Positions 50,406 to 63,784 of a DNA stretch of 64,000 bases are shown here, piece by piece. Within the stretch, counting starts at the first letter, position 1. Each line of letters opens with the position of its first letter. The notes under the pieces are model-generated. The model was not told where the DNA came from. It was given only the letters and a program-made list of their open reading frames with translations, and ran no database searches. Location: positions 124,001 to 188,000 of the forward strand of contig JAAILG010000018.1 of assembly GCA_012026655.1 (NCBI GenBank), given 5' to 3'. A program made the translations under genes and the position numbers. Source of the DNA: Hydrolagus affinis. Its lineage: Eukaryota.

Positions 50406-51225
50406 AAAGAACCTTTACGGTTGTTGAGTATTTTAGCATACAAAGATCTCTCTGCCACTTGAGAGTCACAGGAACCAAGGTGAGAGATGCAGAGATTAAG
50501 AACAAAGAGGGGAAGAGACACAGATACAAAGTACAATAGATAAAATTCTAATGTAATGAGTTAAATGTCAAGAGGCCTGCAGGGAGCAGTAAACAGGGAA
50601 GAATACTGCATAGGAAGCATGAAAAAAAAGTTAAAGAATGGGAAGCAATAGCACTTTCTGCAACAATACACAGTCAAGAAGTTCCCAGCAGGATTTTCAA
50701 TACTTCAGATCTAGAAAAAATGTACCTTTCACATCACTGCGGGTTTCACCTTTGCTGCTCCTTCTAAAATGTGTCAATTTTACCAGCTGGATGTACTGTG
50801 AAATGCTCTTGAATTGTTTTGTATTTCAAGGTTGACTGCCTTTTTAAGAAAATTAAAGTGGTAGTTGTCAAGACAAATTAGTACTTCACCATTAGAAAGA
50901 GAGGAAAAGTGTCAACACTATTGTACAGATCTTAAGTACTGAGATAAACCTGTCACTTTCTTTGTTCTCTAGCAATCTCATCCAATTTATGTGGGCACAT
51001 GGAGTATGAACTCTATTACTAACTTTAAAAGCCAGCTTGAAGCTGAACGTTTAAACTTGTTCTGTTCCTTATATGGTTATTTTTGTTAAGTCAAAGCAAC
51101 TTCCTGCAATAACTACTTGCAAGATCAATCCTCAGATACAAGAACTGTAGGTGCACAGAACCATTGATGAAATTCTTTTATGGCGTGAACAGTAGCTGCT
51201 AATAGCAGTTAATGATAACAGTAAA

Positions 51226-51345
51226 ATAATAGAATAATAATCCTTACATTTGACATAGCGCCTTATCACTTCCCTCGCAACGTCTCAATACACTTCACAG
51301 AATATATTGTGAAGTTCATTAACTGTGTATTTGTGGACGAATTGT
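51226..51345 (-). mobile_element. SINE family A, 3' fragment
   Basis: aataatccttacatttgacatagcgccttatcac...cacttcacagaatat. Confidence 0.78.
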
Positions 51346-53641
51346 GGAAAAAATTTATGCAATTAAATACTTTGGTGGATACTCGTAAAACAAGTGCCAG
51401 GTGTGAAAATTTAACAGTAAAGAGACAAAAAGGAAAATGTCAATGGTTGATTTTTCCTTGTTGAAAGCACCCAGAAGATAAAACTACAGTATAAAGTAAT
51501 CATTAAAGATTTGTTACTCTATGTGTTTAAAGATGCACATTTCATGAAATGGTTGGCGTTTGCTAGCAATTTCATCTTACAAGTGTAATTTTGTGGTTGT
51601 TACTGCTGACTATAACTCCAGTGATAGCAAAGGTGTTCATTTTTCAGGTCTATAGATGGCACTATTGTAAAAGCAGCATTTTTATATTCTATGGAATCAC
51701 TTTGGATTCCTGCCACATGGTGTATTAAAATGTCAATAACAGCACTTGCAGCAGATGAGCTCATATATTTCTAATTTCTTAAAACAGTAAGAAAACAAAG
51801 CATAATCTGCTTAAAATTTAACTTTTTGATAAAACGTTTAAGGATTTAGAGGCCTACTCTATTTCAAATTGATTGTGTTCATGGTTAACATCATTTCTCT
51901 TTCAATTTATTATGGTATAATCTACATAATTGTGAATTTTTTAGCCTAATCTTTGAACTGCAGAACTGGATTTGTAACTTCCTCAGAGGATGGGCACATC
52001 AGGATAAGGCGAGGTGGGTGTCACCACCTACACTGAGATCCTTCAAAGTCTGTGTGCTTACAACTTTCCCATGCCACATCAGAGAAATGGTTCAGAGAAA
52101 AAACAGAAGGAATTTGTCTTAGATCACATAGAAACTAACTAAATTGTATTTTAAAGAAACACGCATGTCTTTTTTGCACAGATATGTAGAGAAGATATGT
52201 TGCACATGCATTATGTACCAAGATAATTAAAGTTCCTAACAGAATCCTAGGATGAGAATTTGGTTTTAAAAATCTCATTTCATCATCATGGGACATTAGA
52301 AGGATATTAGAATTCAAACTAATACTTGTCATTTTTTTGGAAAAACAGTTTATCAAATAATCTAAATATGATGATCTCTTCCTTGTGGAATAAATATGCT
52401 CATGGTGTAGCAAAAGGAGTAGCAAATTTGAAAGATTGTTCTACATGGGCGGGGGGGGGTGGGTGGTCATAGTTTAAATTCTTGCTGGAAACACCACTCC
52501 TTGATTAGATTCTTAATGATTTTTATAAAACACGTATGCCCTCAGAAATGAATATTGATTGTGATAATTGAACATTTTCCATCTGTTGGTTCATTATTTT
52601 CAAGTCACTCAGAGGATGTGTCGGGTGAAATGATGAACTCTATTGTTGTCAAATCTATATCCATGCTGCAGTTTAAAGTAAATCGGTGTTTCATGTAGTA
52701 ATGAATATATTCCATTTATTGTTTAGTGCCATAAGTGTTCAGCGGATTCTAGAAGTTAAAAGATATGGAACAGGTATTCATTTACCATTCAACTATTGTT
52801 GCCTTCTCTGACAAACTCAATTGGTACCTGAAATAGCACAATGGAAACACTACATTGAAAACAGGAACCATTCTTTATTTTACAGGTGTACTTTGCGGCT
52901 GATATACAAAAGAGATGAAAGTTGTTGTTATTATTATTAATGCTTTCCTCCCAAACCAGCTTCTAAGTTCAAAATGATCATCAGAAATCTTTGATTATCG
53001 ACAGTCACATTAAGGATTCACTTCGTTCAAAATCTCTAATATGCAGATGAGTATTCAGCGGGCAGATCATTTGTGGAAATTAATGATTGTTCTTCCCTCG
53101 ACCCCCACCAATCTAACTGAATGCACTTCACGCTCCTCATTTTCAAATATCCCAAACTGGATATCCATAAATTCGTTCACATTCAAGAGATAACATACAA
53201 TAATATTCCTAGCATTTGATGCAGCACCTTATCATGCTGCTGACCTGCCTGAAAACACTTCATAGGATACAGTATGAAGCGGAGTGACAGTGTATTTTAT
53301 TGGAAAAGGCAATAATACTCTGCAGTGAGCCTAGGTTAGTGAAGCAGCTGGTCGATTGAAGGTCTTGTTTTTCAGTTAGGCTGTGCAACCCACGTTCCTA
53401 ACTATGATAAAGTCACCTGTATATTATTGTTTAATATGTGTATTGTTGAAATCATGTAATTTTCATACCAATAACAGTCATTCCTCCTATTTAATTGTAT
53501 GAACAGTGAATGGATTAGCATGAAACTTGAACAGTGAAACCATAAAACTCTAGAAAGATCTTGAGTGAAAATATTCAATGAAAACAGGTTATGCAGCTGA
53601 GTCTTAAATATGGCTAGAATAATTTCAGTTTAAGTTAGGTA

Positions 53642-54533
53642 CAGTAAAAGTCTGATCCGTGACTCGATCAACCGTAACTCCCGTATAACCGGCACCTCAA
53701 AAAAAAAAGGTCCCCATTCGATTAACCGGATCTTATCCGGCACAATCGATGTGGCGCATTTAATGAGTCGATTGTTGCACTAGAGTACAGTGCGATAGCT
53801 CTGAATGGTGCCGGTAGTGTCACTTCCTGTCTTTCTTCTTAAAGAAAACTCTCCTTTTTCTCTCCCTCTTTTTCTTTCTCTCCCTCTTTTTCTTTCTCCC
53901 CTCCCTCTCTCTTCCTCTTTCTTTCCCTCTCTCTCTGACAGATACTACATAATTGCCTGTGTAGCCTGATGGTATCGTGGGTTTAAACACTGTTTGGGTG
54001 CGGGTGGTATGGGAGGAGAGAGAGGCAGGGAGAGAGGGGGTGGTGGGGGGGAAGAAGGGGGAATGGGGGTGTGCAGGGGAGTAAAAAAGGAAAGAGGGGG
54101 GAGAGAAAGAGAGAGGAGTGGGAGGGGAGAGAGAGAGGTGGGGGAGAGAGAGGGAGGTGAGTTGATTAATTTAGATGGAAAATGAGGAGTGGAGGCGGAT
54201 TGGGTTTGGAGCCATTGAAATGCCGGAATGACTGAATGTGTGTGTGAAAGAGAAAGAGAGGGAAGGAGGAAGAGAAAAAAAAAGGTAGAACCGCTTTAAG
54301 CCACTACAGTCTGCCATTGTAGAAGTTTGCTTTGTGATTGTGTGCTGTGTTTATAGACTATAATCGATATTTATTACTTTATTGGTAAGTATCCATACAA
54401 TATTCTGTTATTATTTAGTCTATTATTAATATGGTATATCTAAAAATTTGTAATTTAAAAAAATGGCCGCCGGCACAAGGTTTAATCGGCATTGGCCAAG
54501 TCCCGAGGGTGCCAGATAAACGGGCTTTTATTG
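53642..54533. mobile_element. Tigger/pogo-like MITE family B, near complete
   Basis: Starts TA|CAGTAAAAG, ends gataaacgggcttttattg; colinear with 48233..49151. Confidence 0.82.
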
Positions 54534-54853
54534 CACACAAATTGAGAAATGGCTTGAAGTGGCCAAATGTATAATATTAGAGTCCTGAACGCACAATGAA
54601 TCAGTTGTTATTGAAACATGCTCAGAGCAAATTAACTTGAAAAGCATATATTTTGGGACATCCTCCCTATGTGAAAGGTGCTGTATAAATGTAATTTTGT
54701 TGTTCTTGTAAGTATTTGCAAACTAGACCTTTTCCTTGGTCATCTGCCCTCCAAAAAAATTAAGGAATTCCATATTCTCTTCTACTAGTCTACATGAACA
54801 CAAACCAAACATGAATGACACACTGCAAGGAGAAATTGTAATGTGCTGCTGAC

Positions 54854-54859
54854 TTTATT
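54854..54859 (-). terminator. PAWR: Candidate PAWR polyadenylation signal (3'UTR about 54830..56082)
   Basis: Plus-strand tttatt = minus AATAAA, followed on minus by GU-rich tgtgtcattcatgtttggtttgtgt. Other AATAAA copies lie nearer the stop codon. Confidence 0.5.
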
Positions 54860-56082
54860 TTGCTTAATTTTATCTACAACAGCATAAACAGCTTATAATG
54901 TACCATCCCTTATGGTGCACTAAATTAAGCTAAAACAGGAATAATGCAGGTCATAATTCTCAAGAATTTTATCTTAACAGCAATCAAAACTCATTCCCTG
55001 CATTGTTTATTTACATGCTTGTCTCTATCAATTTAAAAGCTCCAGGCTTTTAATTTTCTACTGAAAATTACGCAACTGAAAATAGTTTATTTTTAAAAAG
55101 TAAACTTTTTTCTGTGAGATTATACGATTGTTTAATCTGGTCCAAGAACAGGTCACACTTTTAAATAAGGCATTCAATCTAAAGAAAACAGGTTGATAAA
55201 TTCTGATGTATTATTCATAGGCTTCCAAAATGACAAACATTAACAATATGGATTGTTGTACACGATATAAGTAAACATCTTCCTGCTTATGGAATGCATT
55301 TATTCAGTAAGAAAAGCTATGAAAGCACCCTAAACTATCCTGTAAACAGAATTTAATAAAGGTCAGGTTATAGTGAGGGTCTGTATGCATAGGCATAGCA
55401 GATAATTTTAAGATACATTTTAAGAAATGCATGTACTAATTTATTTGGAGCATTCCTATCCATACCTTCATCAAATAGGAAACATATAGTTTGTTTATGC
55501 TTAAACATATGGTGTTGAATACACAAAACAAAATATAACTGTATATAAATGATATACATCACATACAAGTGCAAAGATTTATCCATATCTTAAATGAAAG
55601 GCCTGCTTATTATATGAATGCTTCATATGGTTATATTTCTTGTGATCAATGCTGCCTAAACCTATTAAACTGTAAAGCAACTTTAATTTCTTAAGTTTTA
55701 TCCATATCATTTTAAATACTTTTCTTAAGATAGTGGTATATAAATGATCAGAGCACACATGAAAATGCAAGGTTTTTAAATCCATAATTTAAATGAATGA
55801 CCTGTTTGCACATACAAATATTCTAAGAAACTTTGAAATAATCAAAAAACAATCCAAGTGTTGGTACATGAAATACTGAGACACAATCATCCACTAATTC
55901 AAAATGTTCATGGTTAACAATGGTTAACAGAACTTATAGTAGAAGCACAATGCTCCCAAACACAAGTAGTGTGACTTCAAAGTCTGTGCTTTTTCAAAGC
56001 TAATTCTGGGATAGTGAAATCCACATTATCAGTCAAACTTACTTGTACGAAGTACAGTAGAAATGACTTGCATCGATAGCTT

Positions 56083-56169
56083 CTACCTGGTTAACTGTCC
56101 GACAACTTTCAAAAGGGTCTTGTTCTCTTGTTTCAGTTGATCATTTTCATCTTCTATTTCATCCAAATC
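56083..56169 (-). CDS. PAWR: PAWR last coding exon, leucine zipper (absent from the ORF track)
   Basis: taaaaag|GATTTG...AGGTAG; DLDEIEDENDQLKQENKTLLKVVGQLTR*. Confidence 0.95.
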   Translation of the reverse strand, partial: DLDEIEDENDQLKQENKTLLKVVGQLTR

Positions 56170-59100
56170 CTTTTTAGGTAGGTGGAGAAAGCAAAGCACA
56201 TTTTTATACTCACAATTCAAAGCATTAATGAACTAAAGGAATTTGCTTCCTGTATGCAGACTAATACGTAATGCAGATTAATAAATTACACTGTAATGAG
56301 CAGTAGTTTTACTCTTATTTACATGTTAAAAATACAGATAATATGGGCTAGGCTCACTCCCTCGTGTTACTCAACTGCAAGTCATATAACATGTAAACAC
56401 ACACAGTAATATTAAGAGCAGAAGGAATGTTAAAATTGATTACTTTTGCCCCCTCAATCTTTAATTTAACTTCAATCTCCACTACCCATATTATGATGTG
56501 AGAAAATTACAACCCAAAATAGTGCTTCCCTCACTTTCGACTGAATATATGAATATATATCATTGTAAATCCCTCTTCAGTTCATTAACGTGGATGGTAG
56601 TACGTATAATTCTATTGCAGCAGGAGCACTGAAATCCAATACTGTACAATGAAACAATGCAGATCCAAATCCTGCCAAATCAGAGAAAGAGACAGACAAG
56701 GGGAATTTTATATTTGGAGCATGAAACCGGAAGGTGAGGCATATATCATACAGCACCTGCTGGAACACAACTATACACACTACCTGAATTCAGTTTTGCT
56801 TCTGAATTGAGAAAATGTATTTGTTCAGTACCAAGGAATGTGCTGACAGGGGCAATGTACACTAGCTGATAATCACATGCGTTGGTTTTTGTCTGGAATT
56901 AATCTCATTAGATATTGGACTAGAGTCTGAGCCCACTAGGTATGCTAATTTCTGATGGATGCCTTCTCTGGTCACTCAAACAGACATAGAATAAGTTTTA
57001 TCAGTTCAACTTTAACAAAATGATCTTGTGAATGTTTTCTCTCGTATTTAATTTCATGCTTAATCTGTGGGGGCAGGAGGAATGTTTCTGTGCTGAGCTG
57101 TACTCCAAGGTCTGTTCGCATTGAGACTAAACAAAAGCATCAACATTCTTACAGCCAGGATCACTTTCCCATGAATGCATTGTTTGTGTCAAGTTCTTTT
57201 ATTCAGCCTAAAGCATTGCAAGATTACTGAAACAGAAGACATTGCAGCCAGGTGTTCTTTAGAAGAATATGTGGCACTCTAAGGCAAGTTTTAAAACCAG
57301 GAGCTAGGATCAGCCGATCAGCGTCTGCACCATTTAGACTTCATCAGTGCATTTCATCATACACCCATGATTGACCAAGCTATCAAGGCAATTGTGCTGC
57401 TTGATTCACAGTACTCGCTCAGCTATTATTATTACGATATAATACAATAATCTTTACATTTGATATAGCACTTTTTCACATCTTCTAGACACCTCAAAGT
57501 GCTTCACAGAATATACTGTAAAGTGAATTGACTGAATATATGTGGGCGAAAAGCGGCTGCTAATTGCACACAGCAATGTCCCATAAATAGTCATGTTTTG
57601 AAATGACCAAATTTATTATAGGTTTTTTTTGAGGGATTATTATTCAGGCGTGTGGAGTAAGGAAACTTGCCCAAGGTTTCCCCCTGCCTGGAATTGAACC
57701 CAGGTCTCTCGCTTGCAAGGCGACTGCTCTAACTATTATTAGGAAAGTGTACACTGCCCATTACAACTTTGGTTGGGGTGTGGGACACATCTTCACCTTA
57801 AAGACTAGATCAACAATATTGACCTTGGAGGCAATTACACCACTCTTGCCCAAGCTAACCTTTTCTTTTTTTTAAAAAAGACACGCTACCCTTTTATCCC
57901 ACCTTGAAAGGACGAATGGCTGAATGGTCCTATTGGAATTTAAGCACAGGATGGGCCAAATAGCTACATTCTTATAGTTCTATATGGCACTGTACTTCCA
58001 AGTCCCTAGTGCTGTAATATAAAAACAGCATAAAAAGCAGATGGTCTGAGCAAAGGCCAACCACCTTTTTTAGTTGGCCAACAAAATGATTATTTCTTGA
58101 TTTATGGCGTAAATTTATGCTATTTTGTTACTTCTACAATATTTCATTGGCCATCCAAAAAAAGATTGGCCACCACTGGTCTGAGGTTATAAATAAAACT
58201 TGAGGGTTCTTATAATTGAAGAGATCAATCATTTACTTGGTGCTATATGGGATATTCAAATCCTGTCATGGTTAAAACAACACTATGTAATGGAGATGCC
58301 ATATGCATAACAGGAATCCACTAATTGCAATTGGGTTAACCAATGCATGGCTCAATGGCCAGCAATATGATAAATTCAGCTTGGTGGGAGAAAAGCTATG
58401 AGTAAGTCGGAAAGAGATCCTCTGAAGTATAGATTTTAATTCTATTAGATATATAAAAGGTTGTTTTTTCAGGGATAGCTGATACACAAACCTATCAATC
58501 TGCACAATTGGAAGGGCAAGGGAATAGGTTATTTGGGACCCTACTTACTTTACCAGATATGAAAATTGGCAACTAAGACATAGTTTAGAGATCGAGTTTA
58601 GATCAATTTGGATCTCTAGTGAGAAGGAATTGCAAGTTGTTATGAACTCCCAGCATTCATCATTACACCTCCCTGATGGACTGTGTGGTTTTAATATCAA
58701 TTAGGTATGATAAATGGTAATTAAACTCATAAAAATTCCATTAATCTGTATCAGCAAAGTTATTACACTGATCTAACTTTAAATTATCAGAATTCTCAAG
58801 CACTTTTCTCAATTGGCAACTCAAGAGTGAGAAACTCACTAAAAAAATGAAATGCGGTTGAAATACAACCCCTAACTGTTGCAGACACTATTATATACAG
58901 TAAGAAACTAAGATGAGGATTCATCAATAGTACAGGAGGATGGATGCATGAACAATCACTGTACAAACACAGCATGTTTACCTTTATCTGTAAATCTGCA
59001 GATAGTCCCGAGAGACTAAAAGAAGCCACCTAACATAAATGATGAGAGAGACAAACCTAGCAATTGTGGGACTGAGATGCAGAAAGGAAAAGCTGCACTT

Positions 59101-62100
59101 GAAAACAATATTTTAGGGCTACGGCATAAGACAATTTATAGACACAAACTTCTCAAGGCTGAATTTTTGCAGTGTCCTTACATGATTACACTGAGATTAC
59201 AGACAGGAAGTGAAGCATGCTTAAAAGATCAGAAATTGCCAGTCTCTGTGGTTCTCCAGACATTCCAGAACAGAATTTGGCCACTGAACAAACAAGATGT
59301 GGAATTCCACAGAATATACCTCATAACCTTTTACTATTCATTAACAAGTTAACTGTACAGCTAATGTTTAGTTTTGTCTCATCATTCAGAAGAAAAGGTT
59401 GTTAAAAAAGAAAATGCATCTAATCCTTAACATGAAGCTTAAAGCATTTCCAAATTGCACATTTTTCCATTAAGTGTGAAATGTTTTAGCACAAGTGCCT
59501 CTATGCTCAGTCATGTGGGTTAACTAAATTGATACTCAGGACTAAAACAATTAACAAAACAAAAGTAATCATGAAAGGTGCTACATTTTAGAAATGTAAA
59601 GGATGTCACATGCCTCACTCATTAAAAAAACATATTCCAATTAATAGAATCAAGACAGTACATTTGTATCTTTGGTACTGAAATATAACGGGGTACTAAT
59701 AATTAAGTAGGGAAACATTTAATGATGTTTAAGAAAATAAATATTTAATGTTTAATTATGCTTGGTCATCTTCGTTAAAAATAATTCTGTACCTCACAAA
59801 ATCTATGTTTTTGAAAATGCCTAGTGTAATGCTGTCCTAGCTTAAGACAGTCTCAGCTATCTCATACAGAAAAAGATTAACAAAAATAATAATCCTTGCA
59901 TTTTATATAGTGCTTTTCACGTTCTATAGACATCTCAAAGCACTTCACAGGAAATACAGGTATCCCCGGATTTACGATGGTTCTATTTACACTGTTTCGA
60001 TTTAACGAACATAATTTTTTAACACCTTTTTATTGATATATGACATTTGGTTTCATTTTAACGACAAAAAAATTTTGCACTTTTTTTGTGCATGCGCAGT
60101 AAGTGTATTTCGTGGTAAAATCGCAGTCGCATTTGGCGCGTCTGTTTTGCGCATGCGTATTTCACGGTAAAATCGCGATCGTACTTGGCCCTTTTTTTGG
60201 CGCTTGCACAGTACATAGTGTATTTCGCGGTAAAATCGCAGTCGTATATTGTATCCAAGCGTTTGAACTGGCCAACAGCATGTTGCTACGTCATTGTTTA
60301 AAAGCCAGCTGATTTTGAAGCGACACCACGCCAAGCCAGTATTACAGTAATTTAACCAGTATAAAAGTACAGTACTGTACAATAACCCCAAGTACCCCTT
60401 CCTGTCTATGTGTGTTATTTTGTGTATTATTTAGTGGGTTTAAGATCTGCAAATTTTGTGAAAAGAACGCATCTCGGGTTATATAATGGGACCGCATGGG
60501 AAACTGCGTTTCGATTTACGACATTTTGATGTGCGTGACATTTTTCAGGAACCAACCCTGTCATAAATCGGGAGATACCTGTACTGTAAAGTGAATTGAC
60601 TATATATGTGGGTGAAACAAAACTATTCTTAGCCAATTCGTCGCACCTCTCCTATCTGCCCTTTGAAATCTCAACATCATTTAATCCATTTAAACTCTTT
60701 TTAAAAAAAGATGCACTTAACAATACAAAACTAATATTAATATTGCACTACCAATGGTAACAAATATGAAGTATAGTGCTCCTCAAACCACACACTTTTT
60801 TGGACTTTAATGAATGGTACCAATGGCTCTTACTCTGTTAAGCAGGTCAATTTCTTCTCTCAGCTTTCCAATAAGGTCATCTCTGTCCTGTAGTAGCTTG
60901 ACTAGTTTCTGATTTTCTTGTCGCTCCTTGGTGAGTTCCTGATAATAAACGTGGAAGTTAGTTACAGAACCAATAATGTCTTTAAATTGATACAAAGTAA
61001 CCTGACTTAGAATCTAAGGAAAGTAAATAAGACAACTTTGTTTTACATCTTCAGTAGTCTTGTGAGCGCTGAATGATTTCCTACCATTCCAGCATGATAT
61101 ACATATAAATATTTACTGTACTTTCTGGATGAAAATTGTAAAGATTATTAAGAATGCATAAATAATACATAGCTGCTTACATATTCACACTAAAGCAACC
61201 AATTTCAGTGCAATAGCTGTACCTATTTACTGTGAACAATAACACATTCCACAACACATTTGGCAACAGGACTTTTCCAAATAAGCTTACCGATTATCTA
61301 TTTTATTGCTGAAAGAATGGGCTCGAAAGAGTCACAAGACTTTTTGGAGGACAAGGTTCAGTTTCAAATTTCCCCGCAATCCTTGTTGGCATGCAATGAC
61401 ATGATCTGGAGGCTTTTTCCTTCCCTAGCTAATGTCACTGCCTGGGAGACATGGACCCAGGTACAAAAAAAAACCTTGGAACAACAATGAATAAGAAGCT
61501 AGAAAATGTGATTGAAAATACATGGGATGGCACAGAGATGCACTATTGTCGCATCTGAATTTCTCCAGAAAGTATATACTACAAAATCGCATACATTTGA
61601 GATGTATTTTCATACGTAAAATGTTGATGACCTACTACAAGGTCCCCCCGGATCTGTTGGACAAATCCTTCTTCTGACTCAAAATTCTTGTTTCCACTTT
61701 GGCTAGAAAACTATTTCTGAAAAAGAGCCCCCTTTTGAGAAGTTCTTTTTAAGGTGGAAAGGCAGTGAAGACAGTATGACAAAATTTGCTGAATTTCAAG
61801 TTTATTGTAGAGGTGGACTAAGATTCCAATCCGATAGGGTAAAACTCATTGATAGCTTGGCCCATTAGTTGGACACTATATTGCTTCTCAAGTTTCTAAT
61901 AAGAGTTATGTTGTAGGATACAGGCTTGGCTTGAAACAAAGAGCTTGTTTGAATTATAGGTTTATCAAGCGTATGCTTCTGAAAACTTTCCAATCTGAAA
62001 ACGCAATGCCCACAAATCTGCACTTCCGATAGCTTGAAATGGGCAAATCTCTCCATGCATCAGCCATCATTCGAGAGATTTTAATAGGAAAATTATTGAG

Positions 62101-63036
62101 TTTTTCTAAGTTGCACACTTACAAATCAATATTAGACTTGTTCTTAATTTTTCTAAACCTATTTTGTACCTTTTCCAGTTCTTCTAGTTTCTTCTCTAAT
62201 GTACTGCCAAAGGCAGAACTCGCAGAAGTGTTCCCAAAGCGGTTGTAGCCAGGCCTTTCTCCTCGGCCAGAATACCGACTGCTGGATGAATACACTGTAG
62301 CATCGTCTTCAGGTGCAGTGCTGTAGTGAACATGTAAATACAAGTGATATGAGAAGAAGCATTTTCCTGTGAAATGTAATTTCATTACAGAACCAAAAAA
62401 TGCTACACAGAATTCAAGGTGTAGATTATGGGGTTAAATTAGCTGTAATGGATAAATAAATGATCCAATATATGAGCAGTGCTCCGTCCCTGTCAAGTGC
62501 TCTGGGAAGCTAACCTGAGGAGTGTGACATTTTTTTTATATTAAAAAAGCAAATTGTTGTTGTTTTCATTTTGAGTTTTTAGTGGATTAAGAAATGTGCT
62601 TCTTGCTATATTATCCTAGATTTTCCCCTTTGTTTCTAGCTTCCACACTTATACTCTTAGGTTAGAAGGTAAGTTGAGCGTTGTGGCAATGTTGAAGATA
62701 ACTGAAACTAAACCCTAATCCAAAATGGAACTCTTCCCAAATCCACCTTTTTGTTGCCAGCCAGTGATGGCCTTGATTCCATTCAGCATTTCAGCTCTGG
62801 TAACTTGTCATCTGAATGGAGGGGGAGGAGAAAGAACGTGGAACAGTCTCAATAGGAATTCAACTTCCCTGAGGCTTGAAATCTTAATCCACAGGACTGT
62901 TAAGTAAAGCTTTACAGCATTGGACTACCCTGCATTTAAAGTTTTAAAAGTGGAATTTGCAGGGCTCAAATAAAACAAGTGCTTGTTAATGTTTCATTTA
63001 CCTTTTCCATCGTCCTGTAGCAGTTCGAGGAGTTTC
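56083..63036 (-). CDS. PAWR: PRKC apoptosis WT1 regulator (Par-4), 5'-partial CDS: complement(join(56083..56169,60834..60938,62170..62320,63002..63036))
   Basis: Exons of 35/151/105/87 bp splice in frame to ...STLEKKLEELEK|ELTKERQENQKLVKLLQDRDDLIGKLREEIDLLNR|DLDEIEDENDQLKQENKTLLKVVGQLTR*, the Par-4 C-terminal leucine zipper. Confidence 0.95.
57424..57740 (-). mobile_element. Near full-length SINE family A in a PAWR intron
   Basis: Reverse complement reads tagttagagcagtcgccttgcaagcgagagacctgggttcaattcc, with the same body and tail as 10031. Confidence 0.9.
59885..60616 (-). mobile_element. SINE family A 3' fragment split by a MITE (59885..59956 + 60582..60616)
   Basis: cacttcacaggaaaTA [insert] TActgtaaagtgaattgac rejoins to the sequence seen intact at 57500-57535. 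Confidence 0.88.
59957..60581. mobile_element. Non-autonomous Tc1/mariner (Tigger/pogo-like) MITE, 625 bp
   Basis: TA duplication; TIRs CAGGTATCCCCGGATTTACGA and reverse complement CAGGTATCTCCCGATTTATGA. Confidence 0.92.
60834..60938 (-). CDS. PAWR: PAWR exon, coiled coil
   Basis: tatcag|GAACTC...AACAGA|gtaaga; ELTKERQENQKLVKLLQDRDDLIGKLREEIDLLNR. Confidence 0.95.
62170..62320 (-). CDS. PAWR: PAWR exon
   Basis: ctacag|CACTGCA...GAAAAG|gtacaa; TAPEDDATVYSSSSRYSGRGERPGYNRFGNTSASSAFGSTLEKKLEELEK. Confidence 0.92.
63002..63036 (-). CDS. PAWR: PAWR 35-bp exon (absent from the ORF track)
   Basis: Minus strand ttctctttcag|GAAACTCCTCGAACTGCTACAGGACGATGGAAAAG|gtaaat = ETPRTATGRWK(S). Confidence 0.88.
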
Positions 63037-63784
63037 CTGAAAGAGAACAAAGACTTTAATCACATGCTTTAGAGAAAACAGTTCATACACATTCCAAATA
63101 TTTCAATATGGAGCCCCTGAATGGCCTAACCACCATCAGAAAAAAAAACTTGTTGATTCAAAAAGACTTAGCATTCAAGTTATTCACGTCAGTATCTGCT
63201 TCAATCATTTCTTTATATCTGAATCATAGCACTAACTGAGCTCCAGCTCCCAATAGTTTTATTTTCATTTAAAAATTGCACCGTCTCAGACAGGTTTTGT
63301 GAGCAGATTCCTGCAGCAAAAAAAAATGGATTAATTGATAAACCCACTGATATGAGTCATAAGGATTGCTATATGGGAAACATTCACATGGATTCAGTCT
63401 ACACACTGTGTTATATAGTTCTGGATTTATGCCAGAAGACATGGATCTTGAACTCTGCAGATGGTAATGTTATACTTGCTTTGGAAAGCTTGATGAGTGC
63501 CTGGAATGATAAGTGTTCAATATTTGGTGAAAATATCCTCCACTTAATAAAATCTAAATTCATAATACAAACAATAAGAGAAAGGAAATGGTAGTTCAAT
63601 TGAGGCATATCACGTGAAGCTGGGGCAATCTTTAAGCCGACTTTTATGTACGATTTGTCAACCAACATTAATATACTCAAACTTTGTTATTACAATTCCA
63701 TATGGCTTTCAAAGTAATTGACATCAGGGTTTATTTCAACCGTTCTTGTGACTGAACTCCAACTGAAAGCTGGGAAAGCAGTTT

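Noticed and set aside
60100-60250. CRISPR-like regularly spaced repeats
   Set aside because: Three degenerate repeats inside a TIR-bounded MITE in a vertebrate intron; no cas genes.
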